A stretch of DNA of 64,000 bases from Bispira polyomma (GCA_965649765.1 OZ287750.1:51336001-51400000); one strand, 5' to 3'. Positions 25,640-40,384 are shown, counted from the first letter of the stretch. Notes: generated from the sequence alone by a model not told the origin. Numbers and translations: made by a program.

Positions 25640-26105
25640 ATTACAATGGCTGTACGAAGCAGACTTCGGGTAAATTTTGGGAATGACAATATACAAGAGG
25701 AAATCTTTCTATATATAAACACAAACAAGGGCTTCTGACAAGCTAGGGTTAACTCTACATATTTCCTTTAATATGGTACAGATTTCAGGTAGATTTAAGG
25801 AATATAAGGGGACATCTATCGTTCTCTCTCTATATATATGCACACAGAAGAGCTTGTGATAGGCTAGGATTAACTGTAGATTGTTTTTGTCTTTTAATGG
25901 CTGCATAAGAAGAAAACTTCAGGTAGATTCGAGGAGGGTAACATACAAGAAGAAATCTCCCTCTCTCCATATATATATATGTATATATACACAAACAAGA
26001 GCCTGTGGCAGGCTAGGGTTAACTCTACACGTTTCCTTTAATATGGCTGTAAGAAGCAGCCTTCAGGTAGATTTGAGGAGCACAATACAAGAGGAAATCT
26101 CCACC
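25640..26105. repeat. Tandem repeat, ~120-140 bp unit, ~3.5 copies
   Basis: Recurring TTCAGGTAGATT..ATACAAGAGGAAATCT..(TA)n..ACAAACAAGAGC..GGCTAGGGTTAACTCTACA. Confidence 0.85.
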
Positions 26106-26649
26106 TCCTGTTGACAATGACCAGTTCACTTCCTTTCATCTATGTCATCTCTTTTATCTAAGCATCTTTAGTCTTGACGTAGTCACCACCACATACAGAA
26201 ATGGTGTCAAAGTTCACTTTATTATATGATCAGAAATGGATATTATTATTATTAATAAAAGAGATGTACTTATAACTCTCACATCTAGCCTTGTTCAAAA
26301 GGCTTACATTGTCACCACAAATATTTGTATTTTATATAGGTTATTTAAAAAAAAATTATTAAATTGTGTTTTAAGAATGCCTCTTTTTAGGTTACACCCA
26401 AAACCAATGTGAAATCACAGCAGTTTATAGTGGATAAATTGTAAAAATAGTAACTGTTTAACTTTATATAGGGAACAGATTAGGACCCACTCCTTGTAAC
26501 CATTGTAATAATCTTTTCATATAAGTTTGTACTACTTGTATTATATTTTTCCCCAACATTCACCTATCTATTTTTACCTAACATAACTAACTGGACCAAT
26601 TCATAAAATATGTGCTGTCGAAATTGACCCCTTGCAAAAGTTCCATTTC

Positions 26650-26736
26650 AATCCAATCTCAAGTTTGGCTAGTTTTCCTGGACAATCTAAAGATAGTCTA
26701 GCCCAACTTAAGATTGGCAAAATCGTTTATTGGGCT
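26650..26736. mobile_element. TIR fragment of the 10345-11607 transposon family
   Basis: AATCCAATCTCAAGTTTGGCTAGTTTTCCT..GCCCAACTTAAGATTGGCAAAATCG..TTGGGCTC matches the right TIR. Confidence 0.75.
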
Positions 26737-27431
26737 CTTAGAAATACATTGAACCAGACCACACAGTTAAATACAAATTACATCAATACGTATTATTCGT
26801 TTCCTGTACATTGTCTCGTTTTATCTAATATATTTTATTAGGGGTTATAACTTAATTAATTCTAGTTGATACGCCCGATCCAGACTAGCTGAAGTGATTG
26901 AAGATTTTTGGACAAGCAAACAACACCTGTATCTTCTTATGACAACGTCTTTTGTTAAACAGCCTCTTGTGAGTGTGTGTGTGGGGGTGGGGGGCATTTC
27001 TATCAATTTAAATCTATTTAATACATTAATCCACATGGTCCTTTTGATATAAACTGCCACCAATATATGTGGTTTATATACAAGTCCCGTCTTAACATTT
27101 TAATAAAATGGTGCAAAGTATAAACACTTCAGTCTCTGGGGCTTAACAGCATCGAAGGTCACACAATGGAAGGAGTTATCTGTAACAATGGCTTGTAATA
27201 ACACTTCATGTATGGCCACACATAGCTAGCATTCCACATAGCTAGTACTTACCAATGGTAAGTTATAAGAGATTTGATATAAGTTTAATAGCATGATAGG
27301 GTGTTCCATCTTTTTGTAATTCCCCCCTGATCAGATAGAGCACACATACAGCATCTAAAATTATTATATACAAGAGCATTGAGCAATTTGTAAAGTCTAA
27401 CTGAAAAATCTACCTATGTTTATATAGATTT

Positions 27432-27780
27432 GGCCTCTGTGGCCGAGCGGTTAGAGTGTCAGCCTTTGGATCTGAGGGATCTTGAGTGTCCTGTTACGGT
27501 CCTCGCTGCAAGCTTGGAGATTGTACCCTGGAGATTGGACGAGGTACTTTACACAAAAGTTGTCCCTCTCTATCCAGGTGTATAAATGGGTACCTGGCCG
27601 CTAATAGGTGTTAATCTTTGTGCGCCGCATGTGGCAGCAGGGCCAGTATGCTTCCTGGGGGAGCTGAGACTGAACAATTGGTTGACAAGTGGAAGAACCA
27701 AGTCTGGGGGTGTAAACTGTAAATTGTAAAGCCTTCAATTGAGGTGATATCAGACTTTTATCCTACACACATTTACATTT
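27432..27780 (+). mobile_element. CORE-SINE family A, copy 2
   Basis: GGCCTCTGTGGCCGAGCGGTTAGAGTGTCAG head; the CORE domain and body are collinear with the other three copies. Confidence 0.88.
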
Positions 27781-30700
27781 GAAACAGATAGGAGAAAGTC
27801 AGCGCCAATATCTCTAGATGGCTTGCTTCAAGTCAAGGTGGAATTGCTATTTGGAGCACAACAAATAAAATTTATTCCTGAAATTAAACTGTCTGATGCA
27901 TGTTCCATGACAATATAAAACTGTCATTTAGTTTAATTTTTTTATTTATTTAATCTTTATTTCGTGCACAAATAGTACATGAACAACTTAATAGTTTTTA
28001 TGATTCATATTGATAAAATGATAAAAACAAGTTATAATTTAAATACAAGTATTTGTAGTTCCAAATGAAAGTTTTGTAAAAGTCTTTGAGATTAATTAAA
28101 TTTAAAATAATAAGTTTTATTGACTATTAGAACTGGCATTAACTGAATATTTAAAACATAATTCTGACAATGCATTTTGTCTAGTCTAAAACAAAAGTAA
28201 TGAGAGATATATCATTACGTAGATCGATCATCTTTCCTTTATGTTGCAATTAAATTTTTGAGGGTGATTCAATTTGCGAGCCAATTACAAACAGAACATG
28301 TTTATAGACAGCCTTGTAGGGTGGGGAAACATTAATCTTGTGTCCCCCCCCCCCTTCTCCCATCTTACATTAATTACTAATCCTGTGATATAAAAGCCCG
28401 GAGAACTGTACACATCACAGAGAAAACAAACACTGAGAGATTTATAGTTTGCCGTTGGCAAGGTGAGCTTCCTGTCACGTTGCGTTCGTTCATTTCCCCC
28501 AGCAAGATAATGGACTTGTTAATTAAAACTCAGTGCAGCGTAAAACCCCGGGAATAGTAGGACGCACAGACAGAAAGGGAAAAGTGCAAATATGACACAG
28601 AGGTTCATTCAGTCAAGTATTAAGGATCCAGCAGAGAAAACCAGACACTGCTGCTATCTGGCATTATCAGGATCCTTCAGGATACACCAGTGAAACCCAA
28701 AGCCAACCTGCGAAATCTCAAATCATCGGCCTCATTTGGCACAAGAGAAAAACCTTCCTGATAATCACCTTCTTTCCTATCAGAAGTTAGCCGGCTTGTT
28801 TTGTTTAGTGGTGTGGTATCATCCGCCTTTGCATCATTTTACTCTAATTTATACATCCCCCCTTCTTTAGTAGCACCTCAGTGCCTGTCTGATAATGCCG
28901 TCAAGATTCCGTAAATAGGCTGGCTTCAAAGTAGGCAGTTTTTTGGTGCTCAGAGCAGTATTTCTTAGAGATACCAAGCCCCTTCATCATACCCTCGCTG
29001 AACGGCCAAATCATCTGCGATATCATGAAAGCAGTGTGGAGGCGCACGGGATTGAACCTGTGAAGAGAGCAATGGGCGTCAGGGGAAGCATAGAGAATTT
29101 GAATGGTGAGAGAGAGGGAGGTTTTGAGTGTAAGTAGAATTATAAAAGTCTGGCACTTAATCTCCTCACTGAAAACTTCTCTGAATATAGTTTTAATAAT
29201 CATCCCCAATTGTGATTATAATAATACCAGTTTTAAAGACCTTCCATAGTTGGAACACTTAGGGAGAACCAAGAGCTATACTACAAATTTTGTCATTGGT
29301 TATGTGTTTTTGCAATCCTCTAACATATTTCTGTGATAGTTAACTTTTTAAGTTCAGCCTCTCCAGCTTTTAAGGCAACAGTGATAATTATCATCTCTAG
29401 AAAGACAAGCTCTGTGATGGAAACCTGCTGCAGCTTGTTTTCTTCTCTCTCTCTCATGGCAAAACAACCAGGAGAGAGATATGGAAGACTTACGTAACCC
29501 TGATTAGAGTCAGTCAGCATCTATGTAGGTTCTATTCTAGAAATTACACTTGTACCTTTATTTGATTTCTGTATTAATCACTTTCATTAGACAACAAATT
29601 TCATTGCCAAAAAAACTAAAACTATTTTGCACCATAATTATACATTTTTTGGGGGTTAAGTTGAAATAATCATTATTGGTGAAGCTGTTAGAACCACCTG
29701 TGCTATTGAAAAAGGGGAACTCACATAAGTTAAGTGGCCTTGGGTTTGATGAGTAACACTAAAAGTAGCTGGTGAGTAAAGCACTTGTTTACCAAAGTAG
29801 GCTTATCTAATAACCAGAGCCCCACTGGCTAAAGTTGGTGCGAACCTTAAACTGAAAATAACTTTTCACAAATAAGTAGATATCCACAAAATTACTATGG
29901 AAAAAGTAATACATAAATAGAATGTTCTATGTCTAAAAAGAAGTCTGTGTGACTGCATCTACATTTCCTGTGGTTTGTCATAATACCTTAAAATACTAAG
30001 ATTTCCATATCTACCTATGTAAATTCAGTGTTATCTTCAAACTTTTACCAAAGAGACTTGCCCTCAAGTCATTCTGTATAACTATATATCCCTCTTACCA
30101 TTCCCTCTCTCCATAGATCTCTCCAACCCCCTCCTCAATCCTAAGTGGGCCAGGTAATATCAGCCCCACAGTAGCAGTAGCTCCCCACCAGGCTCTTGTA
30201 TACAGGGCTGTATTCACCAAATATCACACTCACACTCAAGCTCATATCTTTAAGATCAAAATATCTCTGACTAAAGTGGAATTGAGTCAAATCTGACAGC
30301 ATAGAGGAATTCAGCACTGAAAGCTCTTTCAAAATGAAATGTTAAAAGTATAGGTTGTTGGTTTTTGTACAGAGGGGATTTAATATTTGAGTTGAGTCTG
30401 ACTTTGAGCTTGAGTTTGGTCTGAAGAAACCATGTATAGGAGTGGGAGGGTTGTAGGACTAGTAGATGATGGAGAGCATATCCCTGTCTCATCAGCAGGG
30501 ATGCTACTTGTCCTAATGACCAGCTAATTGCCTGCCAATTATCAGACAAACTGTTTACACACAGTAGCTGATGGAGTCTCTGCTTGCCACAGGACTGATA
30601 GACAGACTGTGGTGAGGAGACCTACAGGGTGTGTTAGTTGAACCAAATCACTAGATCTAACTTGATGTCACAATCCACAGCACTAGCTTCTCTGTGGAAT

Positions 30701-33700
30701 GAAACAACCATAAAAACTTAAGAGAGATTGGCTGTACCTACTTTTCTCTGTATTTTGTCTATTTTGTGAGGAACTTTTAAAATTTTATTTGTTGTTTATA
30801 TGTTTAAATTTCCACTTACCTATGAGAGGCATACTTCAATCTAAATCTATATAGGTATATATATATCATGGTTATTAAGTTTGGTAATTAAGTGCAGTAG
30901 ATTTTAGACCCTATATCCTCCACCATTCACTCAGTCATTCTGCTAGTCTCTGACCACCCTCCCACCTCATCACTTGTAATAAGTAGACATATACATACCC
31001 TGCTTCTTCTTATCAGTGTGTGATTAGGTTTAAATCTACTCCCCGCGTGACTACCATGAGGGGCTCAGTGACATATTGTTATCTAAACAGTGGGAGGGGG
31101 ACATGTCTACAAAACTGGCCATTGTTCACTAGATTAGAAGCAGAAATAGCATGGAGTATGTTCATCTAATGCAATTCTAGATGCTGCTGTCTTATAAATC
31201 TGTGGTGTGGTTTTTAAATATTTCTGTTAGAATTTTTGAATATCTCTATTTGTGGATAAGTAATGGTACCTAGTAAACAGTTATAGCTGCTTTTTTTAAA
31301 TGTTTATGAAGTACCAACAGTTTCTTATTTCTACATTAAATTCCACGAAATTTCATTTTTTTTTTTGCTTTTTACACGAGAAATAGTAGCAGTTTTCAGG
31401 TAGTATACCCTTGATCCAGATATAATATAAATTCTATGTTTTTCTTAGAAGTTCTAATTTAAGATAACCTCAGATAAGGGATCTAGTAAGATACTGGCCT
31501 TATCACATACACACACACATACACCACTCCTGACACAATAGAGGTTTGTACACAACACAACATGATGCTAAGCCCCGTATGTCATCACGTATGGCCATAC
31601 AGACATACACCCAGCCATACACAGTTTGGTTGGTGTCACTTGCCCCCCCCCCCCCCCCACACACACACACAGACAAGGACAGATAGCAGGCCATTCATAT
31701 GGAAATGAGATGTGATAATTGCTCATTTTGTTTGTTACAAAACTTGTCATATCACTCTGTCTTTGATGAGTAGGAATTTAAAACACTCTTAAAACGATTT
31801 ACCCTTGACACAGCCTAATATACTGTATAAGAAGCACTGAATTTGTGAACAATTAATTATGTTACCTGTAATTATCAGAAGTTTGTTGTTCATAGGGCTA
31901 TTTCTAAAGACAAGACAAAGTCATTACTGTCACAGATATGGCAGACAGATATGGGTTGTAGAAACAAATGTAAAGTTTTGAAGGTAAAACTAAAACTCTG
32001 AACTACAACTGCCAAACATGAGGTATGTCAGGATTTCTAAATATTGGCGTGCAATTAAAATTATTCTAAAAAAAGTACTATATCTCAGCTAATAGTTGTA
32101 TGACTCTATCGAAAGACCCTCAAGAGAAAGAACTAAAGAATGTCACTTTCTTTTCAATAGCCCCCTCTTTCAAGCAGTTTAATTTTATATAGCACTTAAT
32201 CCTCCTTGGTTATTTCTTACAAATTGTTCTTTTCTTTTCATCTTTTTTTACATTACCAGTTCTACAACAAACTGTAGTCAACTAAGACCACATACTATAT
32301 ATACTTACAACTTGTACATGTCACCCCAGAGCTTGTTATAGCAGTTAATGGGGTCTCCCCTCAATATTAGGACAGTCAGTAAAAGTAATGAGGAGTTAAG
32401 AGGCTGAGAGGTTTGAAGAGAAGTGGCGAAGAGGCCACTAGACGGGGTATCATCAGCATAGGACAATCTTCCTCTTATGTCCTTTTCAGAATCAGCCATA
32501 TATTGTTATACAGAACTAAATAACTTAAAAAAACTCTCTCTCTGGAAAACACATAACTCATTTCATGTCAGGGAAGTTAGAATTCTACTAACCTTGTTCT
32601 GGCTCAGATTTGGAGCAAATATGATAACCCTGCTTCAACTTGTGTAATTCAAATATATGATAACTTTTCAGGTTCCTCGGTTGCATTATTGTCGTATTGT
32701 TACCTGGGTGGCTCTTGATTTCCACCAGGTTCTCTTCATGCGATTTTCTTTATTTTTGTTAACTTCCTGAAAACAAATATGGAACGAGGTTTAATTTGAA
32801 TTTGTCATGTTAGAATCGGTACAACACATTTAAAACTTATGATATACTGAGATTTGGATGTACTTTGCCTTTGTGTTACTACGACCCCATGGTAAACATT
32901 ATCCTCATTATCTTTAAATAGCGGTACAATATCCTGCATATCGCATTTTAACCCTATTTAAAATGTACAGGGAATATCGTCCTTACTAGAAAAAGGGTAG
33001 ATCCTGGACCATACTCGACCCCAAATCGTTGTAAAACTTACCATATATCGTGCTTTGTCATGTGTTATTCTTTAAACAAGAGCAAACAAGAAGGATATCA
33101 ACCGAGATATATTATAATGTAATAGTTATGACAATTTACAATTACAAAAAAAAATATTGTAATTTATTATTATTAAAAAATTATTATTACTTTTTATTAA
33201 CTTTTATTTAGCTTTTGTTACCAATTAGAGATGCTACAAAGATTAAAAAAATAGAATGAATATCTGACCGTAAGAAATTCATACACCTTCTTGTGTCTTA
33301 ACATATTTAGTGGGTATAGCTATTTTTTTTATTAAAAAGGGACCCCCCATGAGTCTTGGGAAGTCTACATACTTTTCCACCCCATGGTTTTAATTGTATG
33401 TCCCACTCTGCTCTTTTTTGGAGTATATATTATAACAATTTGAGAGTTCTAAACTGTTATACAGATAAAAGGGGTAAAAATGAAAAGGGATTAATACTAG
33501 CCCATCAGGTAATAAAGCAGTAAAGTGTCCTTCAAATACACTACTGCCACAAATCTCAAGTGTCACCTGCTAAACGGTTTTGTACACAGTAGATTAACTG
33601 GAGGCCAATTCTACTGACTAGCCTTTATTTTGGTAGAAAGTCGCAACTGATTTAGAACAAATTCAAAATTTACTTTATCAAGATGTACTCTTGACTTATG

Positions 33701-34659
33701 GATAATAGGATATGTCCTCAACTGATGATAAAAACAGATCTTTGTGTGAAAAGACATGATTTCTAAGAGCACATTATTTCTTTTTCACGTGTGATTTTGG
33801 ATAAATCGATTTCTAAAAAAAACATCATTTTTATGAAGGAAACTGGAGACTTAACAAGGCTAGTCTATTAGTAAAAGTGTGACGTCAGTTCAGCTCCCTC
33901 TGTACGGAAGTATAGAAATATATACAGGAGATTCTTACAGACAATACATTGGAATCATAGAGCATTAATATGGGTGGAAAGTAGAAGTGCATCCAGTCTC
34001 ATAAAGGTTAATCTTAATATGTGTTTAGATATGTTAAAATGTCAGTATAAAAACTCCATAATGTGAATTATAATGGTATAATTGGCAGATGATAAAGATT
34101 TAAATTTGTTGTTGCTTTAAATTTAAACTAATTCATATATAAACAGTTATTAGTTTATATATGACAAAAAGGCAATATAAGAAACAGGTATGTTTAAGAT
34201 AGCCTTAAATAACCGACTTTACAACCACAGATTTGTATATAGAATTCATTACATGTGTATATTTGATATCATTATATTGTCACCAAACGTGCATGATATG
34301 AACAACAAAAGAAGGTATGTCACTTCAAATGGCTATTGTAAGACATTCACAGTGCTTAATATTATGACATCAAACAGAAAAATGAAATAGCTTTTCTTTA
34401 AGAATAAATCACTTCAGTTACAGTTAAAAACTATTTTCAGGAAAGTTAATTTATTTGCTCTCTACTTTAAGAAGCATTTAATAGCATAACTTCTATGAAT
34501 GGAATGCAATATTTTTTGCTCTTGCAAAACTCCCTTTCATAATTTCTGCTTAGATAAATGGAATCTATTATATATAATAGATTTTAGTCAGTTGTTGTTT
34601 TTACCTTTTTACCTTAATTATTTGCACTGTTGGCTTACATACGGAATCCTGTATTTAAA

Positions 34660-34850
34660 CTGGTAATGGAGGGTAACACCGGTTGATATATGTTTGTTGG
34701 TTTGTTTGTTTGTCACCAGAATTATATAAAACAACTGATATAATTTACAAGGAAATTGGTGGAGGGCTGGGATATATTACCTAAACAAGAATCTTTTAAA
34801 TGTAGCACCTGATCCAGATCCAAGAGCGGGTTTTTTTTCATATTTTTGCA
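34660..34850 (+). mobile_element. HINE/Helentron-type fragment
   Basis: (GTTT)n followed by AGAATTAT..AAAACAACTGA..AAATTGGTGGAGGG..GATCCAGATCC; similar to 19125-19270. Confidence 0.5.
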
Positions 34851-36803
34851 TGATGGAAAATTTTTTAGCTTAAAAATACAAAATTTATATGTTTTATTTG
34901 TAACACCTTGTTTGGTAACAAAATTGCACCAGCAAAACAAAACACATTAAAGAATACCTTTACAAAAATATCAAATCAAATAGGACTTCCTTCAACAGTA
35001 ACTTTGAAAATGTGCAAAGTTTGTGTTTAACTAAAAAAATTTTTTTTAAATAATTACCCAATAAAACATATTGAAACCCTTGAAAATAGGAAAAAGAGCA
35101 TATTTCAGGAACGTGTGTGATTTTTGTTTCACACAAATGCCAATATATTGGTACATTACAGTTTAATATGTCATGTACCATTTTAATGGGCCATTTATGT
35201 GGAAGTCTATTTTTCAGATCCCCCGAAGAAAATATCCTAAAGTTAAAAAAGGGGTATAGTTGCTCAGTGTCACATTTTCTTTGCAATCTTTGCACTATTT
35301 ACACAGTGGTAATTTGCAGTAGTGGTAGTAGTAGACAGTCATTATACCAAAACAAGTAATTTCTCTTATGAGATCAAACACCCTTATAACATGTTACCTT
35401 TAGAAGGGAACCTGTCTGTTCACAGCCTGTAAAACACAAAAAACAAAGCTATATACTACAGACCGTAAAAATATGTTCTTGTAAATATACAACAAAATAA
35501 CACAGGATGAAGATAGACAACAATCCACCCAAACACACACACACACACTGGTACATACTAAAATATGACTCAACTCAACCCGTCCCCCCCAAAAAAAATA
35601 AGAGTGAGGTAGAGAGATACCTTGGGGGCATATAACACTACACAGTTTTTATCTGTGATGTCAGCACTATTTACAGGTAACTCGACACAACAGCCACTTT
35701 GTTTTGTCATCTTGGTGATTAAAACTAAAGTGGGGAAGAAGATTTAGAAAGAGAGGGAGAGAGAGATTGTTTCCACTTGCTTTGAGAGAAGTAACCAAAA
35801 AAAATCAAAGAAATGGGAGAAAATGGAGGAGTTGTAGTGGGGTTTTTTTTCAGCTGGTTTGTTTTTCTTAACTTTTCTAGTTTTTTGTTATACAGTGTCT
35901 CTATGCACAGTTTGCATCACATTACAAAGCTGTCTGTAAGCCCCAGTGATTTATCCCAAATTACAAAAAGATAAAATTGTCAGGAAGATATATAAACAGG
36001 TAGTATATTCCCAGGGACGAAGGTCGGCTGCAAATTGGCGGGGTCAGATTGGGGCAGGACTGATTTGGGAGGTGGTGGGGGAAGGATGTTTGGATACTGT
36101 CAGATGTGTGAGTAGATCAAACTATGAGGAGATACAGGCATAGGGAACTCGGTGGTTATGTGATGTGTGTGATGTGGTGGGGGGGGGGGGGGGGGGGGGT
36201 CTGTGGAATATATTGAATAAGTGGACATTTGATCTGAGGGCAAATTTCACTAATTTATAATTTGTGAGAAATTCACTTTAAGTAATTTATCTCCTTTTTT
36301 TTCAGAAACCCCTTCTCTTTCGTGGATTTTTCTGTTGTTATAGAAAAAGAGTTTTTAATAGTAAATTTTATTTCCAGTGAAATTTTAAAATGAAATTTAT
36401 TTTAGTGAAATGGGATCAATATATGAAATAAATTAAAATTAAAATTCCTAAAATGAAAGGTAAATTGATAAAATTTTATTCAAGATAAAATTATCATGTG
36501 TGTACAGTATATATGTATTCAAGGCATGACGAAAAATCAGTATGTTAGTTTAATTTCAAAAATGTGTAGAAAGATGTTCAAAATGTCTAGGCAGTACATT
36601 AATTGTACCACTGTGGTGTCAATCTGTTCTTAAATGGCGGTGTGTCAGTGCAGAAGGTAACCTTGGATCTAAGAAATAGTTATAATAATTTAAATGTTAA
36701 AAGTTTCTCTAAACTATATTAAAAATTGTCGGTTTGCAGTTAAATAGAAACTGCTTTTTTTAATTAATTTACTTATTTTTTAAAAAAATATATATATATA
36801 TAC

Positions 36804-36834
<31 letters not shown>

Positions 36835-39304
36835 TTGGGGGGGGGGGGGAGGGGGGGGGGGGACACACCACATACATGCCATCTGATAAATTTAATGAAA
36901 ACTTATTTTTCTCCAGTTTGTTTTGCCTTATAAGATTATGTAAACAAAACAATGTTTTGAAGTCCACATTATGTGTAGTTACTGAAACCACATGTGTATT
37001 TATTAATTAACATTACTGTGGAATTACTCACCCCTGCCAAACAAAATGCCATCCAGGGTAGTTTGAGAGGTATAAAGGTTAGTGGTAGGATATCTAGTTT
37101 AACATCCAGCTGTTCAGACTAGGTGGAGTATGTCAACATTTTTCCCACTTTTACTATCAACTAAATAAAAACAATAATAATAATAAGCAAGGCTCATATT
37201 TTGATTGTTCCTGACACTTAAATCGATGTTTGTCACTTTAAAATCACCAACTTAGTTTAACTACCGTAAACCACCCCATTAATGCTCTGTGTATGTTTCA
37301 AGTGTCAATGCAGTTTATTTAATTTGTCTATTAATAGTAGTTATTAATTTTGAAATGCCAGTATATTATTTCATGATAGAGAGAAGTTTGTAAAAAAAAA
37401 AAAAAAAAAAAAATTGAATTTGAATCACAGGCATGTACCAATTTAGATATGTGATTGTAAAGTAGACGTCAAATTGAAAGAGAGCAGTAATTCCGTGATA
37501 TACTGTATTTGGGGGGAGCAAGTGGCTATCAGGACGGCAAGCTCCCCCCTGGCAGGTGGTAAGTATCCGTGGTTTAGGTACAGAGATAAGCTAACCCTTG
37601 TGTACACATGACGTCACCCCACTTATCACTCCTTCCCTACTGTGTACCTCTGCATATTTACCCCTAGGGGGATTTCCACGGGTGAAAAAAATATCCAAAA
37701 CCAAGAGACACAGTGGCTTGATCATTGTTGATCTATCAAACCGCCCAGTTAAAACAAACACTTTGGTGCTGATTTATTTTTTTAAAGTGAAATACTTGTG
37801 TTTTTTTTTTATTATTTTGTAGTTTATGTATTTGTTTCTTGTCCCCTTCTTTACTAGGCCTAATTTAAAGACATGGCAGGATAAAGGACACATCGTATCC
37901 TAAAATGCCAAGTCAAATGTGGAGTCTGTCAGCATTGTAGGATGAAACAAGAGTTGTTGTATTTCAAACAGACATAGGCGCACAGTGAAAAATACACCCA
38001 CCTTGACATAGCCACTATATACTCAGGCAGGCTACGCCTGATAATAATAGATAAGACACCGCTCACTCTAGCTGGATCGATTGCTTCTAATCAATCCAAA
38101 AAGGTCTTACATATTTTCTAAGATGGCCGCGCCTGATAAAAAAACAGTAGTGAGGAAAAGATGTGCACTGATCATTTATCTCTGAACTGTAACAAAATAA
38201 ATGTAATTTAAAGAAAAAAACATAATATTTCATGGTAAATTTTCTGGTTTTACTTTACCGGTGAGATGACAGTTCATTGGACTTTGGATACAAATTTAAG
38301 TCAATTGTTTGACCTGTAATGATTCGTACATTCATCATACACATGTTTGTATAAGAAGACTATATAGTCCCCCACCTATAGATCTTTGACTTACCATTTT
38401 GGCTATATTAACTTTGACTTATCATTATTTCACATTTTACTTGTTTTAAACTTTTAATACTAGTTTTAACCTTTTAATAATGCTGTACTTTTAACTGCCA
38501 ACATAGATAGGCATTGTTAAGAATTTTATCTTATTTACAATGTTTTATGTCAATATCAGATTTAGTTTTGGTTATGAAAGCATAACATAAGTGTTTCAGT
38601 CATCTGTTTTACTGATTATGTAACTGGGTATTATATGTTATTAAGATGTGTACCATTACCACTAATTAATATAGTAATAAATAAATATTCCCAATAGTGG
38701 GGGGAAAAACAACTTTATTTGGAGTGGTGGGCGTTAGAGAACTCAAAATATAGTGCACTGCATGTCCCTGGTGACCTTCAATAATGATGAGAGTTCACTT
38801 TATTCTATTATACTACAGCTCAGTGTCTGCTGTGTACGATAAATGGCTATTCTTATTATTATTAACACATAAGTTGCAGAAAGAGCTTACACCTCAATAA
38901 TTTATGCTATATCTTTCTTCTGTTTTTGTAATATTGTAGCAAATCGGCATTTAGTGGTGAAATCAAAATATGCAAAGGTCACTTCCGGTGATGGTTAGGG
39001 CTGGGTTATGAACTGTCATAACACTGCCGAAATAACACCTTTATAAAAGACTGTACCGAGGGCACCTTTTAATCAAGTTATTCCTCTTACTGCAACTCAA
39101 TAGATTGAAAAATATTGACTGAAGCAGAATCCACTTCTATTTGTGTGGCTTTAAAGCTGTAAATGATCACCTGCAGTGTCAATAATAGGCGGGCCTTATT
39201 AGAAGTGTGTGTCCCCTCAATAGACAGGGTCTGCATAACAATTTCATACACAGATTGGGACACAATGGGGTAAGTAGCCTTGCACAAGGCCATAGATGTA
39301 TTTA

Positions 39305-39383
39305 TATTTTTGATTTGATTTTGGGTTTAACGGCGCTTTACAACACATTGTATTGGTAGGTAATATTACGATGGGCAGTTTTA
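39305..39383 (-). mobile_element. 3' tail of a Meta/V-type SINE, cut off by the CORE-SINE copy 3
   Basis: Reverse complement of 40310-40384 (AAAACTG..CGT.ATAT.ACCTA..AATGTGTT.AAA..G..AAATCAAATCAAA). Confidence 0.65.
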
Positions 39384-39388
39384 CCCCT

Positions 39389-39720
39389 AATGGTTAGTGT
39401 GTCAACCTTTGGATCTCAGGCATCTTGAAAGCCAGGGTTCAATCCTCGCCTGCAGGCCTGGAGATTATACCAATGGACAAGGTGCTTTACACAAAGTTGT
39501 CCCTCTCTATCCAGGTGTATAAATGGGTACCTGGCCACTAATGGGTGTTAGTCTTTGTGCGCCGCATGTGGCAGCACGGCTAGTGTGCTCCCTGATGGAG
39601 CTGACACTGTACAATTGGTTGACAAGTGAAACAACCCAGGCTGGGGTAATAATGTCAAAACGCATTTGATAACAGTGATGCTGGAAGTGCGAAATATTAA
39701 ATTGAACAAATATAATTTAT
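39389..39720 (+). mobile_element. CORE-SINE family A, copy 3
   Basis: B-box GGTTCAATCCT and GTTGTCCCTCTCTATCCAGGTGTATAAATGGGTACCTGG, identical to copy 2. Confidence 0.88.
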
Positions 39721-39949
39721 AATATTTGATTCTAAGGCACGTCAATCAGAAATAATAATTCTGCCAAAAAAGGCAACAAAAAAACTATGGTGGGAAGATT
39801 TTGTCAAACAAACAAAAATTTTCAAGTTTACCTTCAAAACTTTTTACTATTTTGTCACAGCAGCTAGATATGGTCTTTGTGGTGTAGTGGCACCATGCTT
39901 GTCCCCTACCTCTGTCGTCTGGAGGTACTGGGAGAGGTATGTGGGGAGA

Positions 39950-40384
39950 TAGCAGTAGATTTGCTGAAAGCTGGTGTGTTGCAGAGCAATTACCTGTTCT
40001 GGTTTCCTCCACCAGTGAAGTGCTTGTCGTGATATGACACAAAGACAACATGTTGAAACTGACATTAAACACACTAAAACCCTAAAAGTAAAGCAACAGT
40101 AGCTGCATATACTATCAAGGGCTAGGGAAGAACACCATATACTTGAATGAGTAATACATTAGACGAGTAGATATTTAAACTTCTAGTTAATTCAAGGAGG
40201 CTGTTAGACTCAAGTCGAATCTCGGCCAGGGCTTTTAAGTGGGAAAGCTGGAAGTTACTTGCCAATGGTTGCTGATTTAAAATGTAGAATCTTGACCACC
40301 TAGTATACACTAAAACTGACCGTCGTGATATGACCTATACAATGTGTTAAAATTGATGATGAACCGAAAATCAAATCAAATCAA
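39950..40384 (+). mobile_element. Two Meta/V-type SINE remnants
   Basis: CTGGTTTCCTCCACC..GTCGTGATATGAC..TGTTGAAACTGACATTAAAC at 39995-40075, and a second head plus tail at 40185-40384 ending in (AAATC)n. Confidence 0.6.

Noticed and set aside
32305-32499. ORF MADSEKDIRGRLSYADD.. with a YADD motif and a downstream GTAAGT
   Set aside because: No other RT motifs around YADD, and it is out of frame with the candidate exon at 32704-32766.
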